The notes under the pieces: generated by a model
The model's database searches: none
What the model was told of the DNA's origin: nothing
The model's input: the letters and a program-made list of their open reading frames with translations, nothing else
Assembly: GCA_043228905.1 (NCBI GenBank)
Contig: JBHGNT010000021.1
Location: forward strand, 10,354,001-10,418,000
Length of the DNA: 64,000 nucleotides
Direction: 5' to 3'
DNA from: Azolla caroliniana
Taxonomy: Eukaryota > Plantae > Polypodiophyta
Made by a program: the position numbers and the translations under genes
In this document: positions 60,370 through 64,000 of the stretch, in pieces
Layout of the letters: each line of letters begins with the position of its first letter
Position numbering within the stretch: the stretch's first letter is position 1

Positions 60370-63300
60370 TTTAATGAACGACACCGAAGTAGAGGACGAA
60401 ATTCCGAACTCCCTCTATACAAGGCCACATTGGGCACGCGCGACTACGGAGACTCCGGTCTGAATCGGCAACATCGAAAAACCCGTGCTAGCATTGATTG
60501 ATCACGGATCGGAGATCAACTTGATGTCCAAGGAGTTCTACCGGAAGGGGAAGTGGCCTATTAACACCAACCATGGATGGAAGATTCGGGCGGCCACCAA
60601 AGCAACGGAAGATCTATTTGCGGCTTGTCCGGATGTGATGGTGAAGATCGGGGATGTCGAGATCGACCAGAATTTCTTCGTGCAAGATGAGGTTTCACAT
60701 TCCGTCATCCTCGGCCAACCCTTTATCATGGCATCACGGATGGAGAAGAAGGTGCTCGATAGCGGTGCGGCTTTTGCGCGAATTCGGAGCCAAAACGATG
60801 GGAAATCCGTCCAATTCCTAACGGTGCCGGCAAATCACAAAAGGAACAAGAGGGAACTCTTGTCCCAAGTGAGAATGGATTTTTAAAGCGGACTGTTGCG
60901 GAGTGGGGAAGTGATAGTCTGAGAAGCCCTGATACCCCACACAAGAAGAAAACTCTCGGAGCAAAACATGTACGAATCGGTCCGGATGGGGCATCTACGT
61001 ACACGACCGTAACCGGAGAATTGAAGGAAGGATACCGACAAGTGGAGGATAAGTTGCGGTCGGCATCAATAATAAAAGAAGATGAAGAAATCGTGGGGAT
61101 AGTCGAAGAAGTGTTCTATGGGAGCACGCTACAACGACTTGAAGAGCTTGCGGAAGATAAAAGCCAAGGGAACCGGGTAGTCCCGGTGGAATCGGTCGAG
61201 ATGTACGAGATCATTGCGAAAATGGAGCCGGATACGCTCCGCAAAGAAGAAGCAATGGTAAGTACGAAATACAAGACCGTGGAGAAGAAGGTGAAACCGG
61301 CCGCGGGACCACTACCCGCCAATAGCGAACAAAAGAGGAAAGAAGTCTCGGGAGATCCGACACTTCGGAAGTCCGTGGATATTGGACATGCCTTCACGGA
61401 TGAGACCCGGAAGAAACTTCGGATCAGTGGAGGTGGGTTCCTATTACAAAAAGAAGAAGAACGGTTTCACGAGATGTTGGAGCAACATGGCAAAGCGTTT
61501 GCATTTACATCAAGGGAGATAGGGTGCGTCGATCCGAGAATAGTGGAGCCGATGGTGATCTTCATGATTGACCATGTACCGTGGAACTTGAAGCCGATTC
61601 CGGTGCCACGAGCGCATATTCCGAAAGTCATTGACTTGCTCAAGGAGAAGGTGGCAATGGAGATTCTAGAGCCATCAACTGCCCCGTACTCAAATCGATG
61701 GTTTACGGTTCCGAAGAAGAATGGGTCACTCCGATTTATCCAAGACTTGCAACCGGTGAATAAGGTCACGATCCGGAACTCGGGAGTCGGTCCGATAGTG
61801 GACGAATTTGCGGAAGCTTTTGCCGGTCGTGCGATATACTCCATCGAATCACAACCATGCGAACACCGATAGGATTAGTCCGAATGTGCACACTACCACA
61901 AGGAGCGACAAACTCGGTTGCTCATATGATGAACGCGATGAACAAGGTGCTTCGAGACTGCATTCCGGAGATAACGATGCCGTTCCTCGATGACATTCTG
62001 ATGAAAGGATGCGCGGTAGAAGAAAAAGATGAGACTATGGATGATCGGGGATGCCGAAAGTTCGTGGTCGACCATATTCATGATTGCGAGAAAGTGTTGC
62101 GAAAGCTAGAAGATGTGCACCTAACACTTTCCGGGGAGAAATCGGCATTCGGGCAAGAAGAAATATTGGTGGTCGGACATCTATGTGGGCCCTACGGCCG
62201 AAGACCGTCACCAACAAAGATCGATGCGATTCAAGCTATGGAGGAAATATGCGAGTCAACATCCGAAGTCCGAAGGTTTCTCAGTGTATGTGGATTCTAT
62301 CACATATGGATTCCGCACTATGCACATATAGCGGACCCGCTCTACCACTTGTTGCGAAAAGGTAAGAAATTCGAATAGAAACCGGAACACACCAAAGCCA
62401 TGAAGAAATTGAAGAAGACACTTCGGAGGGCGGAAGCACTTAAGAAGCCGAACTACGACCGACTGATCATAGTAACGGTTGATACAAGTCCAACCGGTAT
62501 CGGGTGGGTCATCAATCAAGCCGACTCGGATGGTTCGCGGTATCCGATCCGATTCGGAGCAAAGGTTCTCAACGAAAGGCAACGTGGCTATGCACAAGTC
62601 AAAAGAGAACCATGGGGAGTCGTGTCGGCGATAAAATCGGATCGGGATTATTTGATCGGAGCCGAAGTGGTGATCGAGATGGATTGTCTTCCGATACTCG
62701 GGATGATGCGGTGTTGCACGATACCGGATGTAGCTATGATAAGGTGGGTTCCATATGTCAAGTCGCTTAATCCGGAGGTTCGACACATCTCGGGGAAGGA
62801 CAATGCGGTAGCGGATATGTTATCAAGGGCTCGGTTCGGAGATGACATGATAACCGAATCGGATAATGAAGAAGTTTCCGAAGACTACTTCGCGTCGGAG
62901 CACATATGCCGAGTGAACGTAGTCCGAGAATTCCGGGAAGAAGAATACGAGGGAGAAAGCTTGATGATCGGAAAGATGTTACAAGAGGCCGAGGACTCAA
63001 CAAACGATAAAGGAAGAAGAGCCGAGATCCGAAGGAAGAAGAGGCAAGTCCAAAAGTTCTTCTTGGAAAACGGATTAATATGGAGGGCGCCGAAAAGACC
63101 GGATGGTATACCACTTCGAGTAGTTGGGACAAAAGAGCAACGAAACCGGATAATGTCCGAGTTTCACGAATCCGATTGGGCTGGACACCGAGGAACATGG
63201 GCAACATTTGTGAAGATCAAGCAAAAATATTGGTGGAAGAAAATGTACAAAGATGTCGCGGAGTTCACGGAAAGCTGCGAGAAATGTCAAGTCTACTCCG

Positions 63301-64000
63301 GGGTTCGACATCGAGATGAGTTACATCCGACATTCTCACCGACAATCAACTTCAAGTGGATGGTCGACATAGTGGCCATGCCGACCGGGATCGGACAAAA
63401 GAAATACTTGGTATTAGCTTGGGAGGATCTCACGAATCAAGTAGAAGGTCGAGCGCTTCAGAGGAAAACGTGTTCCGCGGTATGCCAATTTCTTTTGGAG
63501 GAAGTATTTTGTAGGTACGGATGCGTAGGGCAAGTGATTGCGGACCGGGGAGAACTTGACTCGGACAAAGCTAGGGGATTCTTCGCCAAACACGGAGTTC
63601 GGTTATCTCTGACAACGACATACAATCCGGAGGCCAACGGGAAAATCGAACGAGGACATAGTCTGATCGTGAAAGCACTTGCGAAGGCATGCGATGGAAA
63701 GGTGAAGGACTGGCCACAGATGCTTCTGTATGCACTATGGGCGGATCGGACGACACATAGCTCTGTAACCGGTTACATGCCGGCAGAACTCATGACCAGA
63801 CAAGCACCGGTAATGCCGACGGAAACCGCGATCGCAACATGGACAGTGCTACCGTGGAAGAACTACTAGCGGTCCGGATACGACAACTAGAGGGAAGACC
63901 CGCAGACATAGCGGAAGCAATACGCCAACAACAAGAAGCACGGTTCCGGAACAAAAGCCGGTTCGACACAAAGCACCGACTACGACCGAGGAGGATTGAA
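60370..64000 (+). pseudogene. pol: Protease plus pol of the host element (frameshifts, stops, small RT deletion)
   Basis: 'ALIDHGSEINL' in 60485-60886, RT in 61021-62378 ('FLDDIL'; the GDLYSGYDQ segment is deleted near 61845), RNase H and integrase in 62400-63869. Confidence 0.9.

Larger units (their letters stand above)
50963..64000 (+). mobile_element. Older tRNA-Trp-primed non-chromovirus gypsy element (runs off the window end), interrupted by 53247-60365
   Basis: Putative 5' LTR 50963-51680 (TGTCGT...ACGACA), PBS TGGTGAACCCAACGTGA at 51685-51701, gag 51721-53246 resuming at 60370-60886, and pol from about 60880. Confidence 0.9.

Overview
Repeat-rich eukaryotic DNA, most likely from a land plant; a seed-free plant such as a fern is my inference from the TE lineages, not proven. 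The window holds two full-length chromodomain Ty3/gypsy elements (1142-7985, degenerate; 16130-23245, intact and young), a near-intact tRNA-Trp-primed gypsy element (53247-60365) nested in an older relative, several Copia and gypsy remnants, palindromic satellites, and one apparent host gene, an atypical acidic RALF-like peptide (38359-38601). The standout is an 8.1-kb DNA transposon (24781-32880) with 37-bp TIRs and a 4-bp CAAT target duplication. It carries two divergent genes: a Sola1-like DDD transposase with a probable C-terminal chromatin-reader domain, and a five-intron gene for a ParB-like domain fused to a bacterial-type beta-class N6-adenine/N4-cytosine DNA methyltransferase. A palindromic repeat array lies in intron 1 of that gene. 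This copy is disabled by one nonsense codon, a solo-LTR insertion and possibly one frameshift. All calls are by eye; no database searches were run.
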